A stretch of 64,000 nucleotides of DNA. Origin: Macrostomum lignano. Taxonomy: Eukaryota. Location of the stretch: the NCBI GenBank assembly GCA_002269645.1, contig NIVC01003140.1, positions 1-64,000 on the forward strand. Reading direction: 5' to 3'. Position numbers and translations under genes: made by a program. Below, piece after piece: positions 1 through 12,935 of this stretch. The number at the start of each line of letters is the position of its first letter. The first letter of the stretch is position 1. Below the pieces are notes generated by a model that saw only the letters and a list, made by a program, of their open reading frames with translations, did no database searches and was not told the origin of the DNA.

Positions 1-3000
1 AGAATAACACGGCGTGAGCGTATTTTCGAACGCCTGTGCATGCGCGAGACTGCTTGTGTAGTTATTAGAAGGCAACTGCGCCTCTAGCTTAAACCGTGTC
101 TATTTGTCTAAACAAACTGACTGCGTGCAAAATACAAGTGCACGGAAGCAGAATAACACGCCGTGAGCGTATTTTCGAACGCCTGTGCATGCGCGAGACT
201 GCTTGGTGTAGTTATTAGAAGGCAACTGCGCCTCTAGCTTAAACCGTGTCTATTTGTCTAAACAAACTGACTGCGTGCAAAATACAAGTGCACGGAAGCA
301 GAATAACACGCCGTGAGCGTATTTTCGAACGCCTGTGCATGCGCGAGACTGCTTGGTGTAGTTATTAGAAGGCAACTGCGCCTCTAGCTTAAACCGTGTC
401 TATTTGTCTAAACAAACTGACTGCGTGCAAAATACAAGTGCACGGAAGCAGAATAACACGTGAGCGTATTTTCGAACGCCTGTGCATGCGCGAGACTGCT
501 TGGTGTAGTTATTAGAAGGCAACTGCGCCTCTAGCTTAAACCGTGTCTATTTGTCTAAACAAACTGACTGCGTGCAAAATACAAGTGCACGGAAGCAGAA
601 TAACACGCCGTGAGCGTATTTTCGAACGCCTGTGCATGCGCGAGACTGCTTGGTGTAGTTATTAGAAGGCAACTGCGCCTCTAGCTTAAACCGTGTCTAT
701 TTGTCTAAACAAACTGACTGCGTGCAAAATACAAGTGCACGGAAGCAGAATAACACGCCGTGAGCGTATTTTCGAACGCCTGTGCATGCGCGAGACTGCT
801 TGGTGTAGTTATTAGAAGGCAACTGCGCCTCTAGCTTAAACCGTGTCTATTTGTCTAAACAAACTGACTGCGTGCAAAATACAAGTGCACGGAAGCAGAA
901 TAACACGCCGTGAGCGTATTTTCGAACGCCTGTGCATGCGCGAGACTGCTTGGTGTAGTTATTAGAAGGCAACTGCGCCTCTAGCTTAAACCGTGTCTAT
1001 TTGTCTAAACAAACTGACTGCGTGCAAAATACAAGTGCACGGAAGCAGAATAACACGCCGTGAGCGTATTTTCGAACTGTGCATGCGCGAGACTGCTTGG
1101 TGTAGTTATTAGAAGGCAACTGCGCCTCTAGCTTAAACCGTGTCTATTTGTCTAAACAAACTGACTGCGTGCAAAATACAAGTGCACGGAAGCAGAATAA
1201 CACGCCGTGAGCGTATTTTCGAACGCCTGTGCATGCGCGAGACTGCTTGGTGTAGTTATTAGAAGGCAACTGCGCCTCTAGCTTAAACCGTGTCTATTTG
1301 TCTAAACAAACTGACTGCGTGCAAAATACAAGTGCACGGAAGCAGAATAACACGCCGTGAGCGTATTTTCGAACGCCTGTGCATGCGCGAGACTGCTTGG
1401 TGTAGTTATTAGAAGGCAACTGCGCCTCTAGCTTAAACCGTGTCTATTTGTCTTAAGAAACTGACTGCGTGCAAAATACAAGTGCACGGAAGCAGAATAA
1501 CACGCCGTGAGCGTATTTTCGAACGCCTGTGCATGCGCGAGACTGCTTGGTGTAGTTATTAGAAGGCAACTGCGCCTCTAGCTTAAACCGTGTCTATTTG
1601 TCTAAACAAACTGACTGCGTGCAAAATACAAGTGCACGGAAGCAGAATAACACGCCGTGAGCGTATTTTCGAACGCCTGTGCATGCGCGAGACTGCTTGG
1701 TGTAGTTATTAGAAGGCAACTGCGCCTCTAGCTTAAACCGTGTCTATTTGTCTAAACAAACTGACTGCGTGCAAAATACAAGTGCACGGAAGCAGAATAA
1801 CACGCCGTGAGCGTATTTTCGAACGCCTGTGCATGCGCGAGACTGCTTGGTGTAGTTATTAGAAGGCAACTGCGCCTCTAGCTTAAACCGTGTCTATTTG
1901 TCTAAACAAACTGACTGCGTGCAAAATACAAGTGCACGGAAGCAGAATAACACGCCGTGAGCGTATTTTCGAACGCCTGTGCATGCGCGAGACTGCTTGG
2001 TGTAGTTATTAGAAGGCAACTGCGCCTCTAGCTTAAACCGTGTCTATTTGTCTAAACAAACTGACTGCGTGCAAAATACAAGTGCACGGAAGCAGAATAA
2101 CACGCCGTGAGCGTATTTTCGAACGCCTGTGCATGCGCGAGACTGCTTGGTGTAGTTATTAGAAGGCAACTGCGCCTCTAGCTTAAACCGTGTCTATTTG
2201 TCTAAACAAACTGACTGCGTGCAAAATACAAGTGCACGGAAGCAGAATAACACGCCGTGAGCGTATTTTCGAACGCCTGTGCATGCGCGAGACTGCTTGG
2301 TGTAGTTATTAGAAGGCAACTGCGCCTCTAGCTTAAACCGTGTCTATTTGTCTAAACAAACTGACTGCGTGCAAAATACAAGTGCACGGAAGCAGAATAA
2401 CACGCCGTGAGCGTATTTTCGAACGCCTGTGCATGCGCGAGACTGCTTGGTGTAGTTATTAGAAGGCAACTGCGCCTCTAGCTTAAACCGTGTCTATTTG
2501 TCTAAACAAACTGACTGCGTGCAAAATACAAGTGCACGGAAGCAGAATAACACGCCGTGAGCGTATTTTCGAACGCCTGTGCATGCGCGAGACTGCTTGG
2601 TGTAGTTATTAGAAGGCAACTGCGCCTCTAGCTTAAACCGTGTCTATTTGTCTAAACAAACTGACTGCGTGCAAAATACAAGTGCACGGAAGCAGAATAA
2701 CACGCCGTGAGCGTATTTTCGAACGCCTGTGCATGCGCGAGACTGCTTGGTGTAGTTATTAGAAGGCAACTGCGCCTCTAGCTTAAACCGTGTCTATTTG
2801 TCTAAACAAACTGACTGCGTGCAAAATACAAGTGCACGGAAGCAGAATAACACGCCGTGAGCGTATTTTCGAACGCCTGTGCATGCGCGAGACTGCTTGG
2901 TGTAGTTATTAGAAGGCAACTGCGCCTCTAGCTTAAACCGTGTCTATTTGTCTAAACAAACTGACTGCGTGCAAAATACAAGTGCACGGAAGCAGAATAA

Positions 3001-6000
3001 CACGCCGTGAGCGTATTTTCGAACGCCTGTGCATGCGCGAGACTGCTTGGTGTAGTTATTAGAAGGCAACTGCGCCTCTAGCTTAAACCGTGTCTATTTG
3101 TCTAAACAAACTGACTGCGTGCAAAATACAAGTGCACGGAAGCAGAATAACACGCCGTGAGCGTATTTTCGAACGCCTGTGCATGCGCGAGACTGCTTGG
3201 TGTAGTTATTAGAAGGCAACTGCGCCTCTAGCTTAAACCGTGTCTATTTGTCTAAACAAACTGACTGCGTGCAAAATACAAGTGCACGGAAGCAGAATAA
3301 CACGCCGTGAGCGTATTTTCGAACGCCTGTGCATGCGCGAGACTGCTTGGTGTAGTTATTAGAAGGCAACTGCGCCTCTAGCTTAAACCGTGTCTATTTG
3401 TCTAAACAAACTGACTGCGTGCAAAATACAAGTGCACGGAAGCAGAATAACACGCCGTGAGCGTATTTTCGAACGCCTGTGCATGCGCGAGACTGCTTGG
3501 TGTAGTTATTAGAAGGCAACTGCGCCTCTAGCTTAAACCGTGTCTATTTGTCTAAACAAACTGACTGCGTGCAAAATACAAGTGCACGGAAGCAGAATAA
3601 CACGCCGTGAGCGTATTTTCGAACGCCTGTGCATGCGCGAGACTGCTTGGTGTAGTTATTAGAAGGCAACTGCGCCTCTAGCTTAAACCGTGTCTATTTG
3701 TCTAAACAAACTGACTGCGTGCAAAATACAAGTGCACGGAAGCAGAATAACACGCCGTGAGCGTATTTTCGAACGCCTGTGCATGCGCGAGACTGCTTGG
3801 TGTAGTTATTAGAAGGCAACTGCGCCTCTAGCTTAAACCGTGTCTATTTGTCTAAACAAACTGACTGCGTGCAAAATACAAGTGCACGGAAGCAGAATAA
3901 CACGCCGTGAGCGTATTTTCGAACGCCTGTGCATGCGCGAGACTGCTTGGTGTAGTTATTAGAAGGCAACTGCGCCTCTAGCTTAAACCGTGTCTATTTG
4001 TCTAAACAAACTGACTGCGTGCAAAATACAAGTGCACGGAAGCAGAATAACACGCCGTGAGCGTATTTTCGAACGCCTGTGCATGCGCGAGACTGCTTGG
4101 TGTAGTTATTAGAAGGCAACTGCGCCTCTAGCTTAAACCGTGTCTATTTGTCTAAACAAACTGACTGCGTGCAAAATACAAGTGCACGGAAGCAGAATAA
4201 CACGCCGTGAGCGTATTTTCGAACGCCTGTGCATGCGCGAGACTGCTTGGTGTAGTTATTAGAAGGCAACTGCGCCTCTAGCTTAAACCGTGTCTATTTG
4301 TCTAAACAAACTGACTGCGTGCAAAATACAAGTGCACGGAAGCAGAATAACACGCCGTGAGCGTATTTTCGAACGCCTGTGCATGCGCGAGACTGCTTGG
4401 TGTAGTTATTAGAAGGCAACTGCGCCTCTAGCTTAAACCGTGTCTATTTGTCTAAACAAACTGACTGCGTGCAAAATACAAGTGCACGGAAGCAGAATAA
4501 CACGCCGTGAGCGTATTTTCGAACGCCTGTGCATGCGCGAGACTGCTTGGTGTAGTTATTAGAAGGCAACTGCGCCTCTAGCTTAAACCGTGTCTATTTG
4601 TCTAAAAACTGACTGCGTGCAAAATACAAGTGCACGGAAGCAGAATAACACGCCGTGAGCGTATTTTCGAACGCCTGTGCATGCGCGAGACTGCTTGGTG
4701 TAGTTATTAGAAGGCAACTGCGCCTCTAGCTTAAACCGTGTCTATTTGTCTAAACAAACTGACTGCGTGCAAAATACAAGTGCACGGAAGCAGAATAACA
4801 CGCCGTGAGCGTATTTTCGAACGCCTGTGCATGCGCGAGACTGCTTGGTGTAGTTATTAGAAGGCAACTGCGCCTCTAGCTTAAACCGTGTCTATTTGTC
4901 TAAACAAACTGACTGCGTGCAAAATACAAGTGCACGGAAGCAGAATAACACGCCGTGAGCGTATTTTCGAACGCCTGTGCATGCGCGAGACTGCTTGGTG
5001 TAGTTATTAGAAGGCAACTGCGCCTCTAGCTTAAACCGTGTCTATTTGTCTAAACAAACTGACTGCGTGCAAAATACAAGTGCACGGAAGCAGAATAACA
5101 CGCCGTGAGCGTATTTTCGAACGCCTGTGCATGCGCGAGACTGCTTGGTGTAGTTATTAGAAGGCAACTGCGCCTCTAGCTTAAACCGTGTCTATTTGTC
5201 TAAACAAACTGACTGCGTGCAAAATACAAGTGCACGGAAGCAGAATAACACGCCGTGAGCGTATTTTCGAACGCCTGTGCATGCGCGAGACTGCTTGGTG
5301 TAGTTATTAGAAGGCAACTGCGCCTCTAGCTTAAACCGTGTCTATTTGTCTAAACAAACTGACTGCGTGCAAAATACAAGTGCACGGAAGCAGAATAACA
5401 CGCCGTGAGCGTATTTTCGAACGCCTGTGCATGCGCGAGACTGCTTGGTGTAGTTATTAGAAGGCAACTGCGCCTCTAGCTTAAACCGTGTCTATTTGTC
5501 TAAACAAACTGACTGCGTGCAAAATACAAGTGCACGGAAGCAGAATAACACGCCGTGAGCGTATTTTCGAACGCCTGTGCATGCGCGAGACTGCTTGGTG
5601 TAGTTATTAGAAGGCAACTGCGCCTCTAGCTTAAACCGTGTCTATTTGTCTAAACAAACTGACTGCGTGCAAAATACAAGTGCACGGAAGCAGAATAACA
5701 CGCCGTGAGCGTATTTTCGAACGCCTGTGCATGCGCGAGACTGCTTGGTGTAGTTATTAGAAGGCAACTGCGCCTCTAGCTTAAACCGTGTCTATTTGTC
5801 TAAACAAACTGACTGCGTGCAAAATACAAGTGCACGGAAGCAGAATAACACGCCGTGAGCGTATTTTCGAACGCCTGTGCATGCGCGAGACTGCTTGGTG
5901 TAGTTATTAGAAGGCAACTGCGCCTCTAGCTTAAACCGTGTCTATTTGTCTAAACAAACTGACTGCGTGCAAAATACAAGTGCACGGAAGCAGAATAACA

Positions 6001-8793
6001 CGCCGTGAGCGTATTTTCGAACGCCTGTGCATGCGCGAGACTGCTTGGTGTAGTTATTAGAAGGCAACTGCGCCTCTAGCTTAAACCGTGTCTATTTGTC
6101 TAAACAAACTGACTGCGTGCAAAATACAAGTGCACGGAAGCAGAATAACACGCCGTGAGCGTATTTTCAAAAACCTGTGCATGCGCGAGACTGCTTGGTG
6201 TAGTTATTAGAAGGCAACTGCGCCTCTAGCTTAAACCGTGTCTATTTGTCTAAACAAACTGACTGCGTGCAAAATACAAGTGCACGGAAGCAGAATAACA
6301 CGCCGTGAGCGTATTTTCGAACGCCTGTGCATGCGCGAGACTGCTTGGTGTAGTTATTAGAAGGCAACTGCGCCTCTAGCTTAAACCGTGTCTATTTGTC
6401 TAAACAAACTGACTGCGTGCAAAATACAAGTGCACGGAAGCAGAATAACACGCCGTGAGCGTATTTTCGAACGCCTGTGCATGCGCGAGACTGCTTGGTG
6501 TAGTTATTAGAAGGCAACTGCGCCTCTAGCTTAAACCGTGTCTATTTGTCTAAAAAACTGACTGCGTGCAAAATACAAGTGCACGGAAGCAGAATAACAC
6601 GCCGTGAGCGTATTTTCGAACGCCTGTGCATGCGCGAGACTGCTTGGTGTAGTTATTAGAAGGCAACTGCGCCTCTAGCTTAAACCGTGTCTATTTGTCT
6701 AAACAAACTGACTGCGTGCAAAATACAAGTGCACGGAAGCAGAATAACACGCCGTGAGCGTATTTTCGAACGCCTGTGCATGCGCGAGACTGCTTGGTGT
6801 AGTTATTAGAAGGCAACTGCGCCTCTAGCTTAAACCGTGTCTATTTGTCTAAACAAACTGACTGCGTGCAAAATACAAGTGCACGGAAGCAGAATAACAC
6901 GCCGTGAGCGTATTTTCGAACGCCTGTGCATGCGCGAGACTGCTTGGTGTAGTTATTAGAAGGCAACTGCGCCTCTAGCTTAAACCGTGTCTATTTGTCT
7001 AAACAAACTGACTGCGTGCAAAATACAAGTGCACGGAAGCAGAATAACACGCCGTGAGCGTATTTTCGAACGCCTGTGCATGCGCGAGACTGCTTGGTGT
7101 AGTTATTAGAAGGCAACTGCGCCTCTAGCTTAAACCGTGTCTATTTGTCTAAACAAACTGACTGCGTGCAAAATACAAGTGCACGGAAGCAGAATAACAC
7201 GCCGTGAGCGTATTTTCGAACGCCTGTGCATGCGCGAGACTGCTTGGTGTAGTTATTAGAAGGCAACTGCGCCTCTAGCTTAAACCGTGTCTATTTGTCT
7301 AAACAAACTGACTGCGTGCAAAATACAAGTGCACGGAAGCAGAATAACACGCCGTGAGCGTATTTTCGAACGCCTGTGCATGCGCGAGACTGCTTGGTGT
7401 AGTTATTAGAAGGCAACTGCGCCTCTAGCTTAAACCGTGTCTATTTGTCTAAACAAACTGACTGCGTGCAAAATACAAGTGCACGGAAGCAGAATAACAC
7501 GCCGTGAGCGTATTTTCGAACGCCTGTGCATGCGCGAGACTGCTTGGTGTAGTTATTAGAAGGCAACTGCGCCTCTAGCTTAAACCGTGTCTATTTGTCT
7601 AAACAAACTGACTGCGTGCAAAATACAAGTGCACGGAAGCAGAATAACACGCCGTGAGCGTATTTTCGAACGCCTGTGCATGCGCGAGACTGCTTGGTGT
7701 AGTTATTAGAAGGCAACTGCGCCTCTAGCTTAAACCGTGTCTATTTGTCTAAACAAACTGACTGCGTGCAAAATACAAGTGCACGGAAGCAGAATAACTC
7801 GCCGTAAGCGTAATTTCAAAAACCTGTGCATGCGCGAGACTGCTTGGTGTAGTTATTAGAAGGCAACTGCGCCTCTAGCTTAAACCGTGTCTATTTGTCT
7901 AAACAAACTGACTGCGTGCAAAATACAAGTGCACGGAAGCAGAATAACACGCCGTGAGCGTATTTTCGAACGCCTGTGCATGCGCGAGACTGCTTGGTGT
8001 AGTTATTAGAAGGCAACTGCGCCTCTAGCTTAAACCGTGTCTATTTGTCTAAACAAACTGACTGCGTGCAAAATACAAGTGCACGGAAGCAGAATAACTC
8101 GCCGTAAGCGTAATTTCAAAAACCTGTGCATGCGCGAGACTGCTTGGTGTAGTTATTAGAAGGCAACTGCGCCTCTAGCTTAAACCGTGTCTATTTGTCT
8201 AAACAAACTGACTGCGTGCAAAATACAAGTGTACGGAAGCAGAATAACACGCCGTAAGCGTAATTTCAAAAACCTGTGCATGCGCGAGACTGCTTGGTGT
8301 AGTTATTAGAAGGCAACTGCGCCTCTAGCTTAAACCGTGTTTATTTGTCTAAACAAACTGACTGCGTGCAAAATACAAGTGCACGGAAGCAGAATAACAC
8401 GCCGTGAGCGTATTTTCGAACGCCTGTGCATGCGCGAGACTGCTTGGTGTAGTTATTAGAAGGCAACTGCGCCTCTAGCTTAAACCGTGTCTATTTGTCT
8501 AAACAAACTGACTGCGTGCAAAATACAAGTGCACGGAAGCAGAATAACACGCCGTGAGCGTATTTTCGAACGCCTGTGCATGCGCGAGACTGCTTGGTGT
8601 AGTTATTGGAAGGCAACTGCGCCTCTAGCTTAAACCGTGTCTATTTGTCTAAACAAACTGACGGCGTGCAAAATACAAGTGCACGGAAGCAGAATAACAC
8701 GCCGTGAGCGTATTTTTGAACGCCTGTGAATGCGCGAGACTGCTTGGTGTAGTTATTAGAAGGCAACTGCGCCTCTAGCTTAAACCGTGTCTT
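1..8793. repeat. 150-bp tandem satellite array, about 58-59 copies, running off the left edge of the window
   Basis: Unit AGAATAACACGCCGTGAGCGTATTTTCGAACGCC...AATACAAGTGCACGGAAGC counts to 150 nt and repeats head-to-tail almost perfectly. It ends abruptly at about 8793 (TAAACCGTGTCT|TTTTGAAC). Confidence 0.99.
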
Positions 8794-10702
8794 TTTGAAC
8801 TGTGACTCATTGCGCCTATATATTAATTGCAGCACTGTAGCAGTAGTTACGTTCCCTGTGACACTAGAGACCATCCAGTGTACTTTGTTGTTTAGTTGTT
8901 GTTTTTGCAGCACAGGCCTTTATTTTTACATGTAAACTCGCGCCTTCCATGCAAACAGCTTTGCTTACAGCCAGACGCGCCAGTTGGTTGTAGGCATTGT
9001 CCATCACTCTGGCTTAGTGGGTGTCTTGCGTGTCTCACAATGGGCGCCTGGCTGAGGTCAACTTTGGGGGGCGGGGAGGCGGACCCTCTGCTGGTATCCG
9101 CCCCTGCCAGCGGGCAATAACAATTGGAGAGGAGATTGGAACTTAGGAGTGACTATCGGATGGAAATTTTTTTCCGTTGCTTAAGAAAGATATGTCAAAA
9201 AAGTGTATGCAATATTGTAGATCGGCATGACGACATGCAAAGTTTAATTAGAAAAATTCGGTTAATACCGGCGTTTTAAAAATTCAAGTCAAATTTTAAG
9301 AGTTCTACTGTTGTAATAGTTTTTTTAAATTTAAAGTATGCTTTTTACAAAAAAATTAGTACGGTAGCATTTTCTTGCTTTATAATTTGTTTAATTAGCT
9401 AAAGAAACCTATGCATTTAATTTTCTATTTGTTGTGGTATTGCGAATTTAAGGCTTAGGTAAGCCTTACTTGCACGGTAACTGTGACTGCGGCAACCTAT
9501 TACTATTTAATAATTGCGTTTGTTATTTGCTACTATTCTAAAAAGTTTTAATGTTTTCTAGCGATTGGCGCTGTTTGTTACAATAAATCGTAATTATATC
9601 CAAAACACACCAATATAAACGAAAGTTTAATAGCCAGTTAATTTATTTTTTGTTTTTAAGAGTCTGTAGTCAATAGTACTTGCTATGTCATACAATAACT
9701 TGAATCCATATCACTTGACAAGCCTGGATCAGCGAGTGAGCATTGTTGGTTTACTGTTTTTATGCTTGCTATTTCTCTTTCTATGCTAATTGTGGTTTTT
9801 GCATTATTGTTAGACTTTAAGTTAGGATCTTATGTCTTGCCAATAGGCCTACATACAGAGAAGGCAAGTTTTAGTATAAAGTAGGTTCTTTGCAAATGAA
9901 TGTTGCAGTGTAATTATATAAAGTACTAAGCAAACATATAAACTAGAAATAGAAAGAAGTAAGAAAGACATTGTCTTTAGGGACTCTAGTGAGGTTAGGG
10001 CCTACCATAAGCTGATAATTACACAAAATTGTAAAATAGGGTTTTTAAAAATGTAATCACAAAGTATAGAAAATGTTTTTGTAAAAACAAAATATACACA
10101 TTAAAGAAGAGTTTATACTTATTCTAATTAGATAAAGAAACAAAAAAATATATTTAATATATGCCGAGTAGTGTCCCACTGAATTTTGTCTTTTTTGCAT
10201 AAGCCTATAGTCCATATTGTGGAAGGTGTAGTATACAGTGGAAAATTCCGGCGTACAAATGCTTTAGCTGGTATACATCTGGTGTACAAACGCTTTAGCT
10301 AGCATACATATGGCATACAAATGCTTTGTCTGGCGTATATCTAGCATAAATGGAGGAAATACAACCACCATGCATAATCATTTGCTTACAATTCTTAGCT
10401 ATACTTGTTCAAGCTTTCAGCGCAGCATACAAAAGCATTGAAGTATATTAAATAATTGTGTAAATTATACTAAATAATTCTTTGTGGCAAGAAAATTAAT
10501 TTGTAGAATTATGACAATAAATTTAATTTTCAAACAGCATTCTAAATTTTCTATAAAGAACTTGTCTTAATTTGTAATTTTTTAAAATGATATATGTTTT
10601 CACTTTTATTTTTATGGTAATATTTATGTTTTGTTTGTTACATAGTTTTTGTGCTTATTAATCACATTTTTATTGGCATACAATTTACTAGAGGGCTTAA
10701 TT

Positions 10703-11866
10703 CCATAGTGCAGAAGGACGGGTATATGCCAGAAATCTCCGTCGTACACAGGGATTGCCTGTCGTACATGTCGTACATTGCTAATTTTTGGGGGGCGCTA
10801 TGTCGTACACTGTCATACATGTAAACATGTTACATGTCTGTCTGTCGTACACTTGTCAATGTCATACAACTCATACATGAAGTATAGACATAGTTAGTAT
10901 TTCTTTGATGGACAATTGGACACCAGTACCAGATACTCGTAGTCTCGTAACTAACTCATAACCCATAGTCCGGATCATGGCAGGCGTACGCCGGAGTGAA
11001 AATTTGTGTCTTTTCAATTTTACGCCGATGTAAAGTTCAAAAATTTTTTACGCCAAGTCAAAAGTTGTTTATACGCCAACTTTTTAAAGAATTTGTATTT
11101 TTTAAAACTTAAAAATAATTATTTACTTGAAAACGGCTGATTTTTTCCAAAAACTAATATTCTTTGTTTTAATTTTGTTTTTCTCGTAAATTTCGTTAAT
11201 ATTTTCTGTTTTGTTAACCGTTTATATTCAGAAGAGCTTTGGTTAATTGATATTTAACTACACGATTGCATCAGCCCTGAACTTTTCTATTTCTTGTACG
11301 CTGGTTGTTTACACTTCATGTTGAACCTGAATATTCTATATGCCAAATGTATGCCAAGATTGTCAGCAAGTGCAAAATTACGCCGGAAAATTCCGGCGTA
11401 AAGGCCACCTTCCGGACTATGGCTCATAACGTCGTTGTTAACGTATTGCGTTGAAGCAAAAAAGTAAAAATTCAATAGTTGCACTTTTCCACTCAAAGGG
11501 TAATTTAAATTATCAGTATTATATTCGTACAAACTCTTAAATTTAATTTTATTGGCGCAAAACTATACTTGACATTGCAAGCAAAAAAGTACAATATATC
11601 TGTTGTTTTACTTTGCATATTAAAAAAATGCAATATCAAGAATTTCTCGCACCTACCCACATATTCAAAAAGTTTTTGCCCGTACCAAGTACCAACACCT
11701 TACATTACTATGTAAGTGCCACTATTTTTGTCGTACAGCACTTCCTTAAACTCTAACTCTGTCGTACAACACTAGTACCATTTTCCAATCCCTGTCGTAC
11801 TGTCGTACAACAGGCCGAAATGAAAATTTACCTTCCGTCGTATACAGAAATCCTTCCGCACTATGG
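10703..11866. mobile_element. Non-autonomous TIR DNA transposon (middle element of the nest), 8-bp TSD
   Basis: TIRs CCATAGTGCAGAAGGA and TCCTTCCGCACTATGG (1 mismatch in 16). TSD GCTTAATT at 10695-10702 and 11867-11874. Many subterminal GTCGTAC motifs at both ends. Confidence 0.9.
10963..11422. mobile_element. MITE (inner element of the nest), 8-bp TSD
   Basis: Perfect 12-bp TIRs CCATAGTCCGGA and TCCGGACTATGG. TSD CTCATAAC at 10955-10962 and 11423-11430. Subterminal TACGCC/GGCGTA motifs. Confidence 0.92.
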
Positions 11867-12935
11867 GCTTAATTGGCATATTTTATTGGAATATACTTTA
11901 CTAGATAGCCAGATACTTTCCGGCATACATATAACATGATCCACAATATGGCCTATAGTATATACACATTTTGTTGCCACAAAAAGTACTTTCAAAATTT
12001 CATTTTTTGTTAGAAAGCAATTATTGAAAAAAATTTATATTTTAATGATACAAGCAACTATATTTGGTAATTTTTTTAACATCTTGAAAAAATTTTTTCT
12101 TCCTGTTTAGATGGTATAAAAAAACAGTTGAATAAAAATTGTGCTTGCATTTCCGAAGCTTAGTAAAACCCAGAAATGTATGCTATTCTAAATATGATTA
12201 TATAAAAAAAACTACACATGTCTCTTTACATCTGCCAAAAAGTTATTGAGGCCTATTTTTGCCTATTTCCTCAGTGTAAAATATACTCGTTTTAAGTTGA
12301 GGAACAGAAAATTTCATTATTTTTCTAGAATAATTTCCAAAGACTATTCTTTTACTACATTTAATAGAGGAGCATATAAGAATTCTTGACAACACTTTTT
12401 TTCTGCATGTATCCACCAAGCAGCCGCAGCAGCAATGTTTGCTATTTTAGTAGCCATATTACCTACATACTACTTATATAAAAATGGATTATTAGCTTCT
12501 CTTAACAAAAAAGAGTTTTACCACTGCAGATTTGTTTTAAAGGTAAAATAATTCAAATAAATATATGCTTCAGCTTATTATTGAGCTTTAGCAATTGCAA
12601 TCCAAACAAGTGACTCTTTGAATGCATATAACCTTGGTCTACAATGCAAACTCTCATAAAATGAACTGAATTTCATAAGAAATGGTATTTATTCAATTTG
12701 TATATTTAATAAGCAACTTTACAATATACAATTTTAAGTATAATATATTTTTAAATACTTTTTTACACTTTTTATAGATATAAATGTTGATTGGCAGCTT
12801 TACTCACAGTATACAATAAGGGTTACACTTAATACAAAAAATATACAAGACAATAGTCTATCAACAATAATTTACCTATATGTTTTGCATTGAAAAAGCA
12901 AAGCAGACAATATATGTTGTATGTAAAGACAATAA

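Larger units (their letters stand above)
10212..11951. mobile_element. Non-autonomous TIR DNA transposon (outer element of a nest), 8-bp TSD
   Basis: TIRs CCATATTGTGGA (10212) and TCCACAATATGG (ends 11951). Identical TSD CCTATAGT at 10204-10211 and 11952-11959. No transposase ORF. Confidence 0.85.

Noticed and set aside
1-8793. CRISPR array or repeated coding/RNA gene
   Set aside because: There are no unique spacers. The most open frame has a stop in every unit and no Met, and there is no 5S, tRNA or hammerhead core.
8641-9120. ORFs 8641-8913 and 8896-9120 at the satellite junction
   Set aside because: They read through satellite or unique non-coding DNA with no recognisable motif. CTGGTATCCGCCCCT (~9091-9105) may be a lone Harbinger-like TIR, but no partner was found.
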